Shown here: positions 49,912 to 60,568 of the stretch, in pieces
Position numbering within the stretch: position 1 is the stretch's first letter
How the letters are laid out: every line of letters begins with the position of its first letter
Translations under genes and position numbers: made by a program
IMG/VR virus record: IMGVR_UViG_3300027708_000057
Coordinates: 10,354 to 74,353 of that record
Direction: 5' to 3' (one strand)
DNA length: 64,000 bases
Source of the DNA: a virus
The notes under the pieces: model-generated
Told to the model about the DNA's origin: nothing
Databases searched by the model: none
Seen by the model: the letters and a program-made list of their open reading frames with translations, nothing else

Positions 49912-50415
49912 TTATTCTTGATGTTGTTTGAGAAATTCTAAGGCTTGGGAAGTAATATCTTTCATATCATTTGTTGTAACGTTCATAATTTCTTTATAGA
50001 ACACTTCAAAGGCTTCTTCTTTACTACGTGTAACCTCTAAATCTTGTACACGTTTTAGACTATATGTAACAATAGTGTTATCCTCTTGGCCGATAACACT
50101 AATCATAGGCATGAATGTATTGCAATCTATAAAGCGAAGAATTCTAAATGGTGGTCTAGTTTCTGTTAGGAGTTTACGGCAATGATCTTGGAGATGATCA
50201 ATTGCTTCAAGGACAAGTTCCTTTTCTTCTTCTGTTGATGCAGCAATTTCAACTTTTCGCAACAATTCAAAAACAAAATTCTGATTAAATAATCCCGGAT
50301 GAATTGGATCCATATCAACTTTAACAAGTAATTGATTATCCTTTTCACGTAATGTCATTACTCCGAGACGCCGCTGATGATTATCGACTGAAATGATCTT
50401 ATACGAGTTTTTCAT
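49912..50415 (-). CDS. hypothetical protein
   Basis: 167-aa ORF in the operon. Confidence 0.55.
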   Translation of the reverse strand: MKNSYKIISVDNHQRRLGVMTLREKDNQLLVKVDMDPIHPGLFNQNFVFELLRKVEIAASTEEEKELVLEAIDHLQDHCRKLLTETRPPFRILRFIDCNTFMPMISVIGQEDNTIVTYSLKRVQDLEVTRSKEEAFEVFYKEIMNVTTNDMKDITSQALEFLKQHQE

Positions 50416-50672
50416 ATTAATTGGTTAGTTTATAATCAGTATCTTCAACAAGCCCATTAGCTTTCAAAGTCATCATCGCTTGAGTAATAGCACCTGTCGT
50501 GAAAAACTTCAAAACAGTTTCAGAATCAAATGAATCAAAGCAGACATTTCCAATAAGACAAGCTTTTGCAATGTTCAATGATTGTGTATTCATAAATTTA
50601 AGAAATAACATAATAATTATAGATAGAAGGGCATATCAATATAAAATCAATATGCCCTTCTGGGTTAGCCTC

Positions 50673-50948
50673 TTAGGCTTTAACTCCCGTGAAATCGATG
50701 GAAATTACATTTGATTCTTTTTCTGAATTCACGGTATCTAATGTAGTAGGTACTTGTTCAGTATCAGAAGAATCGTCTTCATTCTCTTGAACTGGTAGAA
50801 ATGCACGAAGTCGTTCAAAGAACGCTCCAACCACACTAAATTCCTCAGGAGCAATTGCTCCACGTCGACTAACTGTAGAAATAATGGAAACCATTAATGA
50901 GATATCTTCTAGACTAAGTGCTACTGTATTTTGTGTTTCTTGTGTCAT
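50673..50948 (-). CDS. conserved small hypothetical protein
   Basis: LSLEDI...II..VSRRGAI..EE...VG..FERL..FL. Followed by a hairpin at 50626-50662. Confidence 0.65.
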   Translation of the reverse strand: MTQETQNTVALSLEDISLMVSIISTVSRRGAIAPEEFSVVGAFFERLRAFLPVQENEDDSSDTEQVPTTLDTVNSEKESNVISIDFTGVKA

Positions 50949-51246
50949 ATTATGTTTTGTTTTTGTTTATTGTGAGATTTTATCAGAATCGAGAAGGATT
51001 AATACGTTGTTTTGGAGCAATACTTGGTCCGCCAGTTGGTGTTGCATTAATGTTCACATCAACTTCTTCAGAAAAAACCAGCTGTTCAATATCAAGGGTA
51101 ATACAATCTGTAGGCATACCATCTTTCAATACTTTCGGCTGAAAACTTACCCTTCGACCAATGCGATACACAAACCACAACTCCAGATGCTCCTGTAATT
51201 TTATCAGTTGCAAGATGGCCTAATTTCAATTCGTTTTTCATAATTA

Positions 51247-51921
51247 TTAGATAGTAAATGTTGAGCTTTTTTCAAGAGCAAGATAATATTGTACTGGAAC
51301 TGTTGCATGAGTCCAATGAGAAATCAATTTGGATGAAATATTAACAGTATAATCTCCAGAAATTACTTTCAAGTTTGAGATTAGAAATTCAAGAGAGAAA
51401 ACACTTTTGCAATCATTATTTTCATCAATAAGAATATCAAAACTATTAGCTGAACTATTCTTGGGATCCATCACTGATAATGAAATTACGCCATTATCTC
51501 CCTTGATTGAAACCACACTGTGCGATAATGCACTTGCAGCTTTTCTGACTTGCGCAATATCTTCTGCAGTGATCGTAAGTGTCAGATCAGATGCAGGCAT
51601 TTTTACCGCTGACTTTGGAGTTGTAAGAATACTAATATCTGCAAATCGGAAATTAGCCTTACTACGACCACACGAAAATTGAACCGAGCTTTCGTTAAAT
51701 TCAAGTTCCGGGGAATCTCCAGTAAGATTATAAATTGCTAGGAATTCATTCAAAGAATAAATACCAAATTCTTGTGGAAAAGAATCTGTAAGTTCTGCAA
51801 TTGAAATCACATTCTTCGCTTCAGAAATTGAAGAAATAGTAGAGCCTTGCTTTACTACAAGATTTTCATTGATTGTACTAAAATTCTTGAGAATATCTAG
51901 AGTTTGTTGAGATAACTTCAT
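51247..51921 (-). CDS. gp45: sliding clamp gp45
   Basis: MKLS..TL.ILKNFSTIN, FGIY.LNEFL, NLKVISGDY.V and YYLALE. Confidence 0.97.
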   Translation of the reverse strand: MKLSQQTLDILKNFSTINENLVVKQGSTISSISEAKNVISIAELTDSFPQEFGIYSLNEFLAIYNLTGDSPELEFNESSVQFSCGRSKANFRFADISILTTPKSAVKMPASDLTLTITAEDIAQVRKAASALSHSVVSIKGDNGVISLSVMDPKNSSANSFDILIDENNDCKSVFSLEFLISNLKVISGDYTVNISSKLISHWTHATVPVQYYLALEKSSTFTI

Positions 51922-51982
51922 ATTTTATATTATTGAGTGTTTATGTTAAAATTATTATATACTATTTTGAGAGAATTGTAAA

Positions 51983-52309
51983 TTACTTTGTTATATTTCC
52001 GGGATGAGATAGTTCATACAGAAACATCAGATTACACAATGCATGAGCTAAATGAGAAAACCCTGATTCTGGATCATTTGTTTCTCCGCGTTTCCATGCC
52101 CAAAGGTGTCTATTGATTGCAGCAAAATATCTCGTTTCTCCATTATCGACATGCCGCCAATTATCTGGAGAATATTTTGCGGCACCATGTGTAAGTACGG
52201 CTACCATAGAATCCAGCGCAAAAGGAGGAATCAAATCATACCGATGTTTTTCGGTATCATATTTAATTCCAACTTCTTTTATCGGTACTGCAGTATCTTT
52301 GCTTTTCAT
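51983..52309 (-). CDS. dATP/dGTP diphosphohydrolase-domain protein (DUF5664-like)
   Basis: GIKYDTEK.RYDLIP, GAAKY..DNW, RH and DPESGFSHLAHA.CN. Confidence 0.85.
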   Translation of the reverse strand: MKSKDTAVPIKEVGIKYDTEKHRYDLIPPFALDSMVAVLTHGAAKYSPDNWRHVDNGETRYFAAINRHLWAWKRGETNDPESGFSHLAHALCNLMFLYELSHPGNITK

Positions 52310-52412
52310 TCGGGAAAATTTGTAACTATATTATTGATCAAGTTGAATTATAAAGGATATAATTGCTGATTTCTATTTCATAATATAGAGACTCTGTGAT
52401 GTTTATCTAAGA

Positions 52413-52451
52413 AGGAGACGGTATTGCACACCACACACAATACCGTCTCCT
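52413..52451 (-). terminator. hairpin terminator
   Basis: aggagacggtattg...caataccgtctcct. Confidence 0.75.
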
Positions 52452-52466
52452 ATTTTACCCTACCAA

Positions 52467-52715
52467 TTAGTAATTTTCGCCAAGGGAATAAACTGTGGTA
52501 GTTGTACCATCGCGAAGAGTACGGCGGCTAGAATTGATTTTGATGCCATGCTCTGTGCGCAGTTTATTCACTACACGCTTCGGATCCTTGACTGCTACCG
52601 ACTTTGCATCGGTTGCAGCCAGCTCATTTCCCGCAGCAAGGAATGCATACACAGATTCCTTTTGGGTGTACTTCGAGAGTAGAGCGGTCAACTTCTTAGT
52701 TTGTGGCTTTGTCAT
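52467..52715 (-). CDS. small basic winged-helix-like protein
   Basis: TQKE.V...L..G...V..P...V..LR...YSLG. Confidence 0.55.
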   Translation of the reverse strand: MTKPQTKKLTALLSKYTQKESVYAFLAAGNELAATDAKSVAVKDPKRVVNKLRTEHGIKINSSRRTLRDGTTTTVYSLGENY

Positions 52716-52797
52716 ATCGTTTTTTATTTTTGTTGTTTTTGTTTTATGTGAGATAGTATTATAAACTATTCTTTATGATTTGCAAATAAAATTTTGA

Positions 52798-54042
52798 TTA
52801 AACCAGAACTTCATCCAAAGTATCAGTTTCTGCAACTAGTTCCATACTTTCTGAATTATCAGCTTTGATTAGATTTGCATCAATTTTCTGATAAAGATCC
52901 AAAAAGGCTTCACGGACTTCGACTTCAAATCGAGCAATACACATTGAGATTGCGATAAGACGATCTTGGAAAACCGAATATGTTTTTGCAATATGGCAAA
53001 GCCGACGAGTGCTAATCAGTTCGTCAACACCTTCATCTGCATAAGTTTTGCGAATAACTGAAGACCATGAGACCAGCTTATCAGTAAATTCTTCATCATT
53101 ACAACCATAAGCTTTCATGTGTTTTGCGAGAATATTACGCTCGATCTTAAACCCAGGATATGGTTGATCGATTGTGGCGACAAAGCGTTCAAGGAAAGCT
53201 TCATCAATAATAGTCGCTGCGGTATAATGATTATCATCACCATACCCACGACCCTTTGTATTTGCCGTTGCAATAACATTGAATCCTTGGGCTGGATGAA
53301 TAATTTCTCCAGTTTGAGGAATCATAATAGGTTTGCCTTCAAGTGCCCCATTTAGTGCGAAGTATGCCTTATTATTTCCACGGTCAATTTCGTCGATTAG
53401 AAGAATTGCTCCAGCTTCCATAGCTTTTACCAAAGGTCCTTTATGGAAAAATGTCTCTCCATTAATAAGTCGAAATCCTCCTAAAATTTGGTCATTATCA
53501 GTTTCAGGTGTAATTTGAAGTCGAATATATTCACGACCAAGCTTTGCACAACATTGTTCCACAGAAATAGTTTTGCCTCCCCCGCTTAAACCAAAAATAT
53601 ACACAGGAAAGAACATACGAGATTCAATGATTTTCTTGATATTCTTATATTCTCCCCATGCAACAAATGTTGGATCGATTGCAGGTACAAAAACGCCATT
53701 ATTTGAAATAGACACTATTTTTTGAGCTTGATCTGAAACCAATCCAGCACTTAATTCAAGAACTTTGGAGGTTTGTACTAGTTTGGTCACCGTTTGAAGT
53801 TTTGAAACTCGCTCCTTACGTTTACGATTTCCAATATTTGGAATATTGGAATCATCCAGAAGAGGCGTGATATCAAATCGGCCACGCCCAACCTTGAATT
53901 TATCAGGCATGAAAATTTCCTTGATTTGGGCAAATGTCAAATCATGTTGACGAGCAACTCGATTAATATCGTTATAAGAGATAAAACGAGTGACCCCATT
54001 AGAGAATAATTCATTCAGTACATTTTTAACTTTATCGGTCAT
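52798..54042 (-). CDS. CobS/MoxR-like AAA+ ATPase
   Basis: GLSGGGKT, LLIDEID, ATANTKGRG, DEAFLERF and ISTRRL. Confidence 0.92.
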   Translation of the reverse strand: MTDKVKNVLNELFSNGVTRFISYNDINRVARQHDLTFAQIKEIFMPDKFKVGRGRFDITPLLDDSNIPNIGNRKRKERVSKLQTVTKLVQTSKVLELSAGLVSDQAQKIVSISNNGVFVPAIDPTFVAWGEYKNIKKIIESRMFFPVYIFGLSGGGKTISVEQCCAKLGREYIRLQITPETDNDQILGGFRLINGETFFHKGPLVKAMEAGAILLIDEIDRGNNKAYFALNGALEGKPIMIPQTGEIIHPAQGFNVIATANTKGRGYGDDNHYTAATIIDEAFLERFVATIDQPYPGFKIERNILAKHMKAYGCNDEEFTDKLVSWSSVIRKTYADEGVDELISTRRLCHIAKTYSVFQDRLIAISMCIARFEVEVREAFLDLYQKIDANLIKADNSESMELVAETDTLDEVLV

Positions 54043-54073
54043 GGTGTGGTGTGTCTTTTATTGGTGACGACTT

Positions 54074-54103
54074 ATTGTAGCACAATTTTCAGGGATTGTA
54101 AAC
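54074..54103 (-). promoter_or_regulatory. early-type promoter
   Basis: GTTTACA-17-TACAAT with TG extension. Confidence 0.75.
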
Positions 54104-54128
54104 AAAAAAGTTCATATTTTCTCAATTT

Positions 54129-56525
54129 TCAAGCAATAATTTCAATGAATTTGTCAAGAAAGACTCGAGAAATTCGTCTTTCCTTGTTGAATTTGGAGAA
54201 TTCCTTTGCCAATTTATTTTGAGAAGAAGTATCTCCGAAGTTTCCGTCATCGGAAGAAAGCTCTGATGTAAACTCTTCTTTATCTGAAATATTCAAAGAA
54301 TTTCCTTTATCAAAAACGAAGTATGCATCATACCGATAACCATTTTCAATAATCATACATCGCTCTTTTTTAGCGGATACATTATTCTTTTTAAAAATTT
54401 CCACACATTCATAATAAGGAGTAATAACTCCTTTTGAGGAAGAATTTCGAATAGCGTTAATTGCAGTTTCTTTGTAAGATCTATCATTATTGGCAATGAA
54501 GAACCCAGTCACAGTGGTGTTACAAGTAACTTTAAGATTTTCAATCAATTGAGCATAAAGATTATAAAGTACATTTTCACAGGCATATTCTGGATAAATC
54601 CTAATTTCTTTGCCGCCATTGATTTTCAATTTGGTGGGAGCAGCCCGAGATTCTTTTTTCAAAGGTATAATATGCTCATTATTATCCTTGGTGATAAGCA
54701 TTGAATGAGCAGCCCCATCAGAAAGAATCAAAGTATTCATCTTTTGAATATTATGTTTTGCTCTAAATCTTTTTACTAATTCATGAGCAATAATAATAGT
54801 TTCATAGAGAGGTGTCATTCCGAGAATTTCGTATTTACCGCCAAGTGGCATTGTAATAAGATTAACTTCTTTCTTATGCAACCCTGAACCAAAAGCACAC
54901 GATTGAGCTTTGAGTTCTTTTAAAGCCAAATCATAATCAGCTTTTTTCATGGAAGAATTGAGCAGCTCGAATAATTTAACATGATTGAATGAAATATTAT
55001 ATCCCGGGATTGTTTCCTCTTTATTATAGTCTGTGGCGTAAATATTTCCTCCAGTAAATCCATAAATTTCGAACGGAATTCCAACGGCTTTACAAAAGAG
55101 AACTAGTTGTAATGTCTGATCAATAACACTGGTTATTGTACATCTCATTGATGCGGAGTAATCAATAAAGAACATCATGCCGTGATTCTTAGCATCAGCC
55201 AAATTCGTGATACTCTTAAAAAGCCGATCCGTAAATTTATAGGAGTAAAGTCGCTTTGCATCAAGTACACCACAATTTGATTGTTGTGCTCGGCTATATT
55301 GAAAAACCGCCTTCTTACGTTCAAATTCCTTGACCAGAACTTCCAGATGTTTTTTAGATGATTCCTTGAATTTCTTCCAATCTTTCTTCACCATATCGGA
55401 ATTCATAATTCTTTCATAATTATACATATCAGCTCTCCGACTAGCCATAATTTCTTTGATAGGAACAATTGTTGACATCATATCTTTCAAGTTGGGTTGA
55501 TTTCCGACATGATAATCTGTAATAATCTCCTTGAGAGAATCTAGATTTTGAGAAAGCGCATCGAGTGTATCCGCTTGAAATTGATCTTGCCCAGAATAAT
55601 CTGGTTCCCAATCAGAGCCTGTCACATTTCCAGCAGCAAGTGAAGAATCTGGTTCCCAATCAGAGCCTGTCACATTTCCAGCAGCAAGTGAAGAATCATT
55701 AGACTTCTCAGAATCTTCATCTTCTTCAAGATTCTCTATACCGTTATTTGTAGGATCTTGTTCATCTTCCGATTTAGGGTTTTTTTCGACTTTATTTTTC
55801 GCGGACTTCTCAGAATCTTCATCTTCTTCAAGATTCTCTATACCGTTATTTGTAGGATCTTGTTCATCTTCCGATTTAGGGTTTTTTTCGACTTTATTTT
55901 TCGGCTGCTTTTCTTTCGCGGGCTTCTCAAGTTCAGTCTTGATCATTTCGTAAATATCTTTACAAATCTCAATGACTTCATCGAAGGTTTCAGCAGCGTA
56001 ACACCGATCATAAATTTTCTTTTCTTTTATAGAAAGAGGAACCTCAATTTGGTTACCAATCTTCCCGTGAATATTAAGCCGATCAGCGAAATTAAGTTTT
56101 CTTAGATCAGCGCCTTTAATTTTAAAGAAATCTTTTTCAATAAATTGCCGATAACCATCTTTGAAAGAATGCACAAGACCAGGATAATTCCGTTGAATCA
56201 TGCGCTCAATCCGAATATCTTCTACAATATTCATAATTCCGAATGGAATTTTCGAACAGGTAGTTTTAAACTTTTCAATATCTTCAAACGAAGTATAAAG
56301 AGCATGCCCAACCTCGTGACCAACTAACAAATCCGATACCGACTTAGAGTCAGTATTCCAAGTGGGAAGTCCTAAAAGACGCTTCTTAGGATCAAAGAAT
56401 GCTGTGGAATAATTACCAACAGAAACAGTAATATTCTCCTTAGCCAGAAGTTTGGCCAGAAGTTTTTGGGATTCAGGATTAATCCTTGCTCTGGTAGTTT
56501 TGGTTTGTGGTGGTGTAATTTGCAT
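54129..56525 (-). CDS. CobT-like HExxH + vWA-domain partner of the MoxR ATPase
   Basis: LAKLLAKENITV, HEVGHALYT, NIVEDIRIE, MIDAS-like DYSASM, TPL and LSDG. Confidence 0.88.
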   Translation of the reverse strand: MQITPPQTKTTRARINPESQKLLAKLLAKENITVSVGNYSTAFFDPKKRLLGLPTWNTDSKSVSDLLVGHEVGHALYTSFEDIEKFKTTCSKIPFGIMNIVEDIRIERMIQRNYPGLVHSFKDGYRQFIEKDFFKIKGADLRKLNFADRLNIHGKIGNQIEVPLSIKEKKIYDRCYAAETFDEVIEICKDIYEMIKTELEKPAKEKQPKNKVEKNPKSEDEQDPTNNGIENLEEDEDSEKSAKNKVEKNPKSEDEQDPTNNGIENLEEDEDSEKSNDSSLAAGNVTGSDWEPDSSLAAGNVTGSDWEPDYSGQDQFQADTLDALSQNLDSLKEIITDYHVGNQPNLKDMMSTIVPIKEIMASRRADMYNYERIMNSDMVKKDWKKFKESSKKHLEVLVKEFERKKAVFQYSRAQQSNCGVLDAKRLYSYKFTDRLFKSITNLADAKNHGMMFFIDYSASMRCTITSVIDQTLQLVLFCKAVGIPFEIYGFTGGNIYATDYNKEETIPGYNISFNHVKLFELLNSSMKKADYDLALKELKAQSCAFGSGLHKKEVNLITMPLGGKYEILGMTPLYETIIIAHELVKRFRAKHNIQKMNTLILSDGAAHSMLITKDNNEHIIPLKKESRAAPTKLKINGGKEIRIYPEYACENVLYNLYAQLIENLKVTCNTTVTGFFIANNDRSYKETAINAIRNSSSKGVITPYYECVEIFKKNNVSAKKERCMIIENGYRYDAYFVFDKGNSLNISDKEEFTSELSSDDGNFGDTSSQNKLAKEFSKFNKERRISRVFLDKFIEIIA
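55598..55902. repeat. two adjacent in-frame tandem duplications (2x48 bp, 2x102 bp)
   Basis: DSSLAAGNVTGSDWEP x2 and KNKVEKNPKSEDEQDPTNNGIENLEEDEDSEKS x2, nucleotide-identical. Confidence 0.95.
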
Positions 56526-56533
56526 GCAAGGGC

Positions 56534-56563
56534 AATTTATCACAAAATCTAGAGCTTGTAAAC
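56534..56563 (-). promoter_or_regulatory. early-type promoter
   Basis: GTTTACA-17-TAAATT with TGTG extension. Confidence 0.7.
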
Positions 56564-56776
56564 ATAAAAATGATTAAATTTTGAAGTTTTTTAAGCCGTT
56601 CATTTGCAACGACTTATGGAGACGAAAAATAAGCAGCTTTAAACGACGTTTTTAATAGGGAAACCCACACGAATCCGAAAAAACTACAAATTCTCATTCA
56701 TAACTCATTGATTTGCAATGGATTATGACGCAGAAACCTTGACCTTTTAAGAAGATCTGATCTTTTTCAAACTGCG

Positions 56777-58507
56777 TCAATTTCCTTCAAGAGTTTCATA
56801 CACTGAGAAATTTCCAGGCTTGGTCACATTGATTCTCCGATTAAACCTAGAATCAGAAACTTCTGTTTTATGACTAATAATGAATACTCTTACGGCAGGA
56901 TCTAAAGAATTTAGAATAGACATAAGATTTTCAATTCCAGTTTCATCTAAAGATCCATCAAAAACTTCATCGAGTATTAACAAATTTGTATCGCTACTAT
57001 TTTTCATCTTCGCAATAGCTCGCCATGAAAATAATAAGGCTAGATTAATTCTACTGCGTTCGCCTTCTGAAAAGCTTCCATAACTAAATTCATCTCGATG
57101 CCTTGAACGAATAGTTTCTGAAAAGTTTTCATCTAATTCAAAGCTGATAAAGAAATCAAGAATTTGCAGATATTGATTAATCAACTTATTCATGACAGGA
57201 AGATATTGACGAATAACCTTTGTTTTAATACCTGTATCCTTTAATAATTCTGCTATAACTTCATTATAGGTTTTGGTTTCTTGTTGTACTAATTTAAGAT
57301 CTACGAGAGTATCACGTGCATCTCTAAAGTTTGATAAATCAGTTATCACAGCACTAATATCAATCTGATCTATCGTAGAATCCTTGATTTTATTCAGATC
57401 TACAATTCTCTTTTCAAAATTAGATATGAGACTTTGATTAGATCTAATTATATTCTGAGATTTTAAAAGTTCACTTAATTGATTTTCAGCATCGGTTAAA
57501 GATTGTATAGATTCTTTTAAAGATATCGAAAGTTGTTCATAACCTTCTTCCAACTCTTTCTTCTTATTTGTACATTCTCCAATCTTTAAATTGCGTAGAT
57601 TATCATTAATCACTTGCGAACAAGTTGGGCATTTTTTATTCAATTCATAAAAATGATAATCATCATCTATTCGTTTGATATTATCGTTAATCTGTAATTC
57701 ATATGATTGCAATTTTATCTTATTCTTATTTGTCTTATCAAACTTAGATTTGATCTTGCCGTAATTCTTATCATAATTATCAAGAAGAGAATCATTGTTT
57801 GCTATTAAAGCTTCAATTTGTTTTTTTAAATCTAGAATCTCCACATCATATTTGATAGATGCTGAACTTGCAATACTTTTCAGATTGTCAATATGAGTAT
57901 TTTGTAAAGTAATCTTATCCTTTATACTACTCAATTGATATTCTGTATCTTTAATATTATCTTTGAGTTTTGAATGTTGCTCCTTGAGAATAACATTCAT
58001 CTTTGAAAAAATACCGATATCCAATAAATCTTCAATAACTTCTCTTCTATTACCAGCACTCAATTGCATGAATGGTATAAAGTTACCAGATCCTAAAACA
58101 ACTATCTGATGAAATGTTTTGTGATTAAGTTTGAGAATATTAGTTTCAAGCAGCTTTTGATAATCTCGAACATGGGATTCCTGATTGATCATTACTCCGT
58201 TACACCATATCTCAAAAATATTTGGTTTGATTCCTCGTACAATTTTATAATCAGAAACTCCATTGGAAAACTCAAGAGTTACTAATAGATTTTTACAATT
58301 AACACTATTGACTAATTGAGATTTATTAATACTTCTATGAGGTTTTCCGAAGGCTGCAAATGATAAACCGTCAATCAATGGACCACTTTTTCCATTACCA
58401 TTTTTTCCAACTATCAAAGTAGTTCTTACTTCATCTAAATGAAATACAGTAGGAGTATTTCCAATACTTAGAAAATTCTGTACAGTTAATGTCTTAAAAA
58501 TAATCAT
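56777..58507 (-). CDS. gp46: Rad50/SbcC-like recombination ATPase gp46
   Basis: NFLSIGN, GKNGNGKS, CPTC hook, FSEGE and LILDEVFDGSLD. Confidence 0.97.
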   Translation of the reverse strand: MIIFKTLTVQNFLSIGNTPTVFHLDEVRTTLIVGKNGNGKSGPLIDGLSFAAFGKPHRSINKSQLVNSVNCKNLLVTLEFSNGVSDYKIVRGIKPNIFEIWCNGVMINQESHVRDYQKLLETNILKLNHKTFHQIVVLGSGNFIPFMQLSAGNRREVIEDLLDIGIFSKMNVILKEQHSKLKDNIKDTEYQLSSIKDKITLQNTHIDNLKSIASSASIKYDVEILDLKKQIEALIANNDSLLDNYDKNYGKIKSKFDKTNKNKIKLQSYELQINDNIKRIDDDYHFYELNKKCPTCSQVINDNLRNLKIGECTNKKKELEEGYEQLSISLKESIQSLTDAENQLSELLKSQNIIRSNQSLISNFEKRIVDLNKIKDSTIDQIDISAVITDLSNFRDARDTLVDLKLVQQETKTYNEVIAELLKDTGIKTKVIRQYLPVMNKLINQYLQILDFFISFELDENFSETIRSRHRDEFSYGSFSEGERSRINLALLFSWRAIAKMKNSSDTNLLILDEVFDGSLDETGIENLMSILNSLDPAVRVFIISHKTEVSDSRFNRRINVTKPGNFSVYETLEGN

Positions 58508-59577
58508 AAGGTGTCTAAATTCTGAGCTTCTGTATATAACTCCTGCAATCGGATTTTAATTCGATCTTTATCCAAATCAGTTTCAACTGATTCAACATAG
58601 GAATTTAATAATGATGGTGTATCCGACAAAGCAATAATATCATCTTCTACATTTTCCGAATTATACTCTTGCAGATTTTCTACTATTTTATATTCAAAAG
58701 GATTGGTCGCGATAACCTTATCAAGAAATTTCTCAAATATGATTGGATCTTTCTTGGCAGCCACTATTATCTTAACAAATCCATTTTTAATGTGAGAAAG
58801 ATTTACTCGTAAAATATCTTCTTCGGATAAAATACTATCATCGTATATTAATCTATGATAGATACAATTCTTATTACGAATCGATTTTAACTTGCGTGTT
58901 TCAGTATCAAGAATATGAAAAAACTTTGGATCATTACAATCCGACCAGGTTTGTTCAAAAGCCACACCAAGATAATGAATATTTCCTTTCGAGGACTTTG
59001 TGTGATAATGGCCAGATAAAACCATTTCAAATCGTGAAAATATACTCGCATCCATGCCATGAGATGCGGCACCACAACCTTTCATCATTTCAAATCCTGA
59101 TAATTCAAGATGAGCTCCAATAATAGGAGCTGCGCATGTTTGAATGAAATTTAAAGTATCGTTATAATTCTCTTCATTGATCCATGGAATTAATCCAAGT
59201 TTTAATCCGTCATAATCAAGTACAGTTGGTTCCATGTAAATATTAACATTGTTTGGACAATACTTGAGAATCTCTGTGAGAGAACAGAGTGAATTTGTTG
59301 TTCTATAAAAACAGTCATGATTACCTGGAATGATATCCATGATCATTCCATATTCAACCAACTTCTCCAGAAACATTGTTCTGTTGCGATTCAGAGCTTT
59401 ATAGTTTACGTATCGTCTATGATCAAAGTAATCACCAAGATGAAGAATCCTTTTAATTCCCTCCTTTAACAAATAAGGAAAGAATACCTCGGAATAGAAT
59501 TGTTCTGCATAATTAAGAAAAATATCAGATCCATTCTTAATTCCCAGATGTGTATCTGTGCAAATTGCTAATTTCAT
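58504..59577 (-). CDS. gp47: Mre11/SbcD-like nuclease gp47
   Basis: DTHLG, LGDYFD, GNHD and SGHYH. Confidence 0.97.
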   Translation of the reverse strand: MKLAICTDTHLGIKNGSDIFLNYAEQFYSEVFFPYLLKEGIKRILHLGDYFDHRRYVNYKALNRNRTMFLEKLVEYGMIMDIIPGNHDCFYRTTNSLCSLTEILKYCPNNVNIYMEPTVLDYDGLKLGLIPWINEENYNDTLNFIQTCAAPIIGAHLELSGFEMMKGCGAASHGMDASIFSRFEMVLSGHYHTKSSKGNIHYLGVAFEQTWSDCNDPKFFHILDTETRKLKSIRNKNCIYHRLIYDDSILSEEDILRVNLSHIKNGFVKIIVAAKKDPIIFEKFLDKVIATNPFEYKIVENLQEYNSENVEDDIIALSDTPSLLNSYVESVETDLDKDRIKIRLQELYTEAQNLDTL

Positions 59578-60245
59578 ACACCTTCTTCAATATCTACCAT
59601 ATCATAATCAAATAATGCAGCAAGAGGATGAACTTCCTTCTTTGCTGATCGTCTTGTTGACATTCGTTTTGGTTTGGAAATCTCAAAAATAGGAGCTAGT
59701 TCATTTTCTATTTTATAAAAAGTATCGTTTTTTTGTCTAATTCTTTCTACCATACTTTCTCCCACCATGGAATGCATATCAGAATTTTCATCAAAATCTG
59801 CAAATGAATCAATACCTCCATGTTCAGTAAATTCTTGCTTAATTTTTGTCTGCTTCTTTTCTTTTTCAATTCGACGCAAGAATGCAAAAAATGTCATTTG
59901 TGTAAAATATGAAAATGGATTAGGCTTTCCGGTTCTTGTAGGTGTTGACTTGTCATAATTGAGAATAGCTTTTAAACAATTCTCAACTCCATCCATAACC
60001 ATATCTTCCCTATAGGTATAGGAAGTAAATGAAGGGGAACGGGATAAACCATTACAAATTTTAAGAAAACATTCCGCAATATAATTTGGTACCATGGGAG
60101 GTTCTAAACCTTCTGCAATAGCATTCTTAGCTATTGAAACATAATCACTTACGGCTATTGAAAATTGTTCATTATCCACGTAATCGGCATCGTTTTTCTT
60201 TCTAGTCTTCCTGGTCTTTTGTTTAGATTCTATTGATATTTCCAT
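59574..60245 (-). CDS. gp55: late-transcription sigma factor gp55
   Basis: YVDN..F, F..YTYREDM..DG.ENC and NPFSYFTQ..FAFLRRI.KEK. Confidence 0.97.
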   Translation of the reverse strand: MEISIESKQKTRKTRKKNDADYVDNEQFSIAVSDYVSIAKNAIAEGLEPPMVPNYIAECFLKICNGLSRSPSFTSYTYREDMVMDGVENCLKAILNYDKSTPTRTGKPNPFSYFTQMTFFAFLRRIEKEKKQTKIKQEFTEHGGIDSFADFDENSDMHSMVGESMVERIRQKNDTFYKIENELAPIFEISKPKRMSTRRSAKKEVHPLAALFDYDMVDIEEGV

Positions 60246-60568
60246 AATTTCATTATACTATAAGATATGAAGAAAGTAAATCATTTTTTGTTATATCTAA
60301 TCAAATTTATTTTTAGATTTGATCATTTTTTGCTTTACATCAATTTGAAAAACCGTTATAATTATTATAGAAAATATTAAAAATTCAATAAAAATTCTAT
60401 GTGAATCATGTTGAAACCAATAAAACAAAATCAATAAAAACTTAATAAAATAACCTGAAAATATCCCGAAGGGATAGCAGCAGGCTAATTTAAGTAACAT
60501 GATATCTTATAAAACATTAATTATCCCTTCGGGATCATCCTACGGATGAAGTTCAAGTAATAATTACA

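Noticed and set aside
51983-52309. Z-genome or 7-deazaguanine pathway
   Set aside because: No purZ, dpdA or que genes in the window. This domain alone is insufficient.
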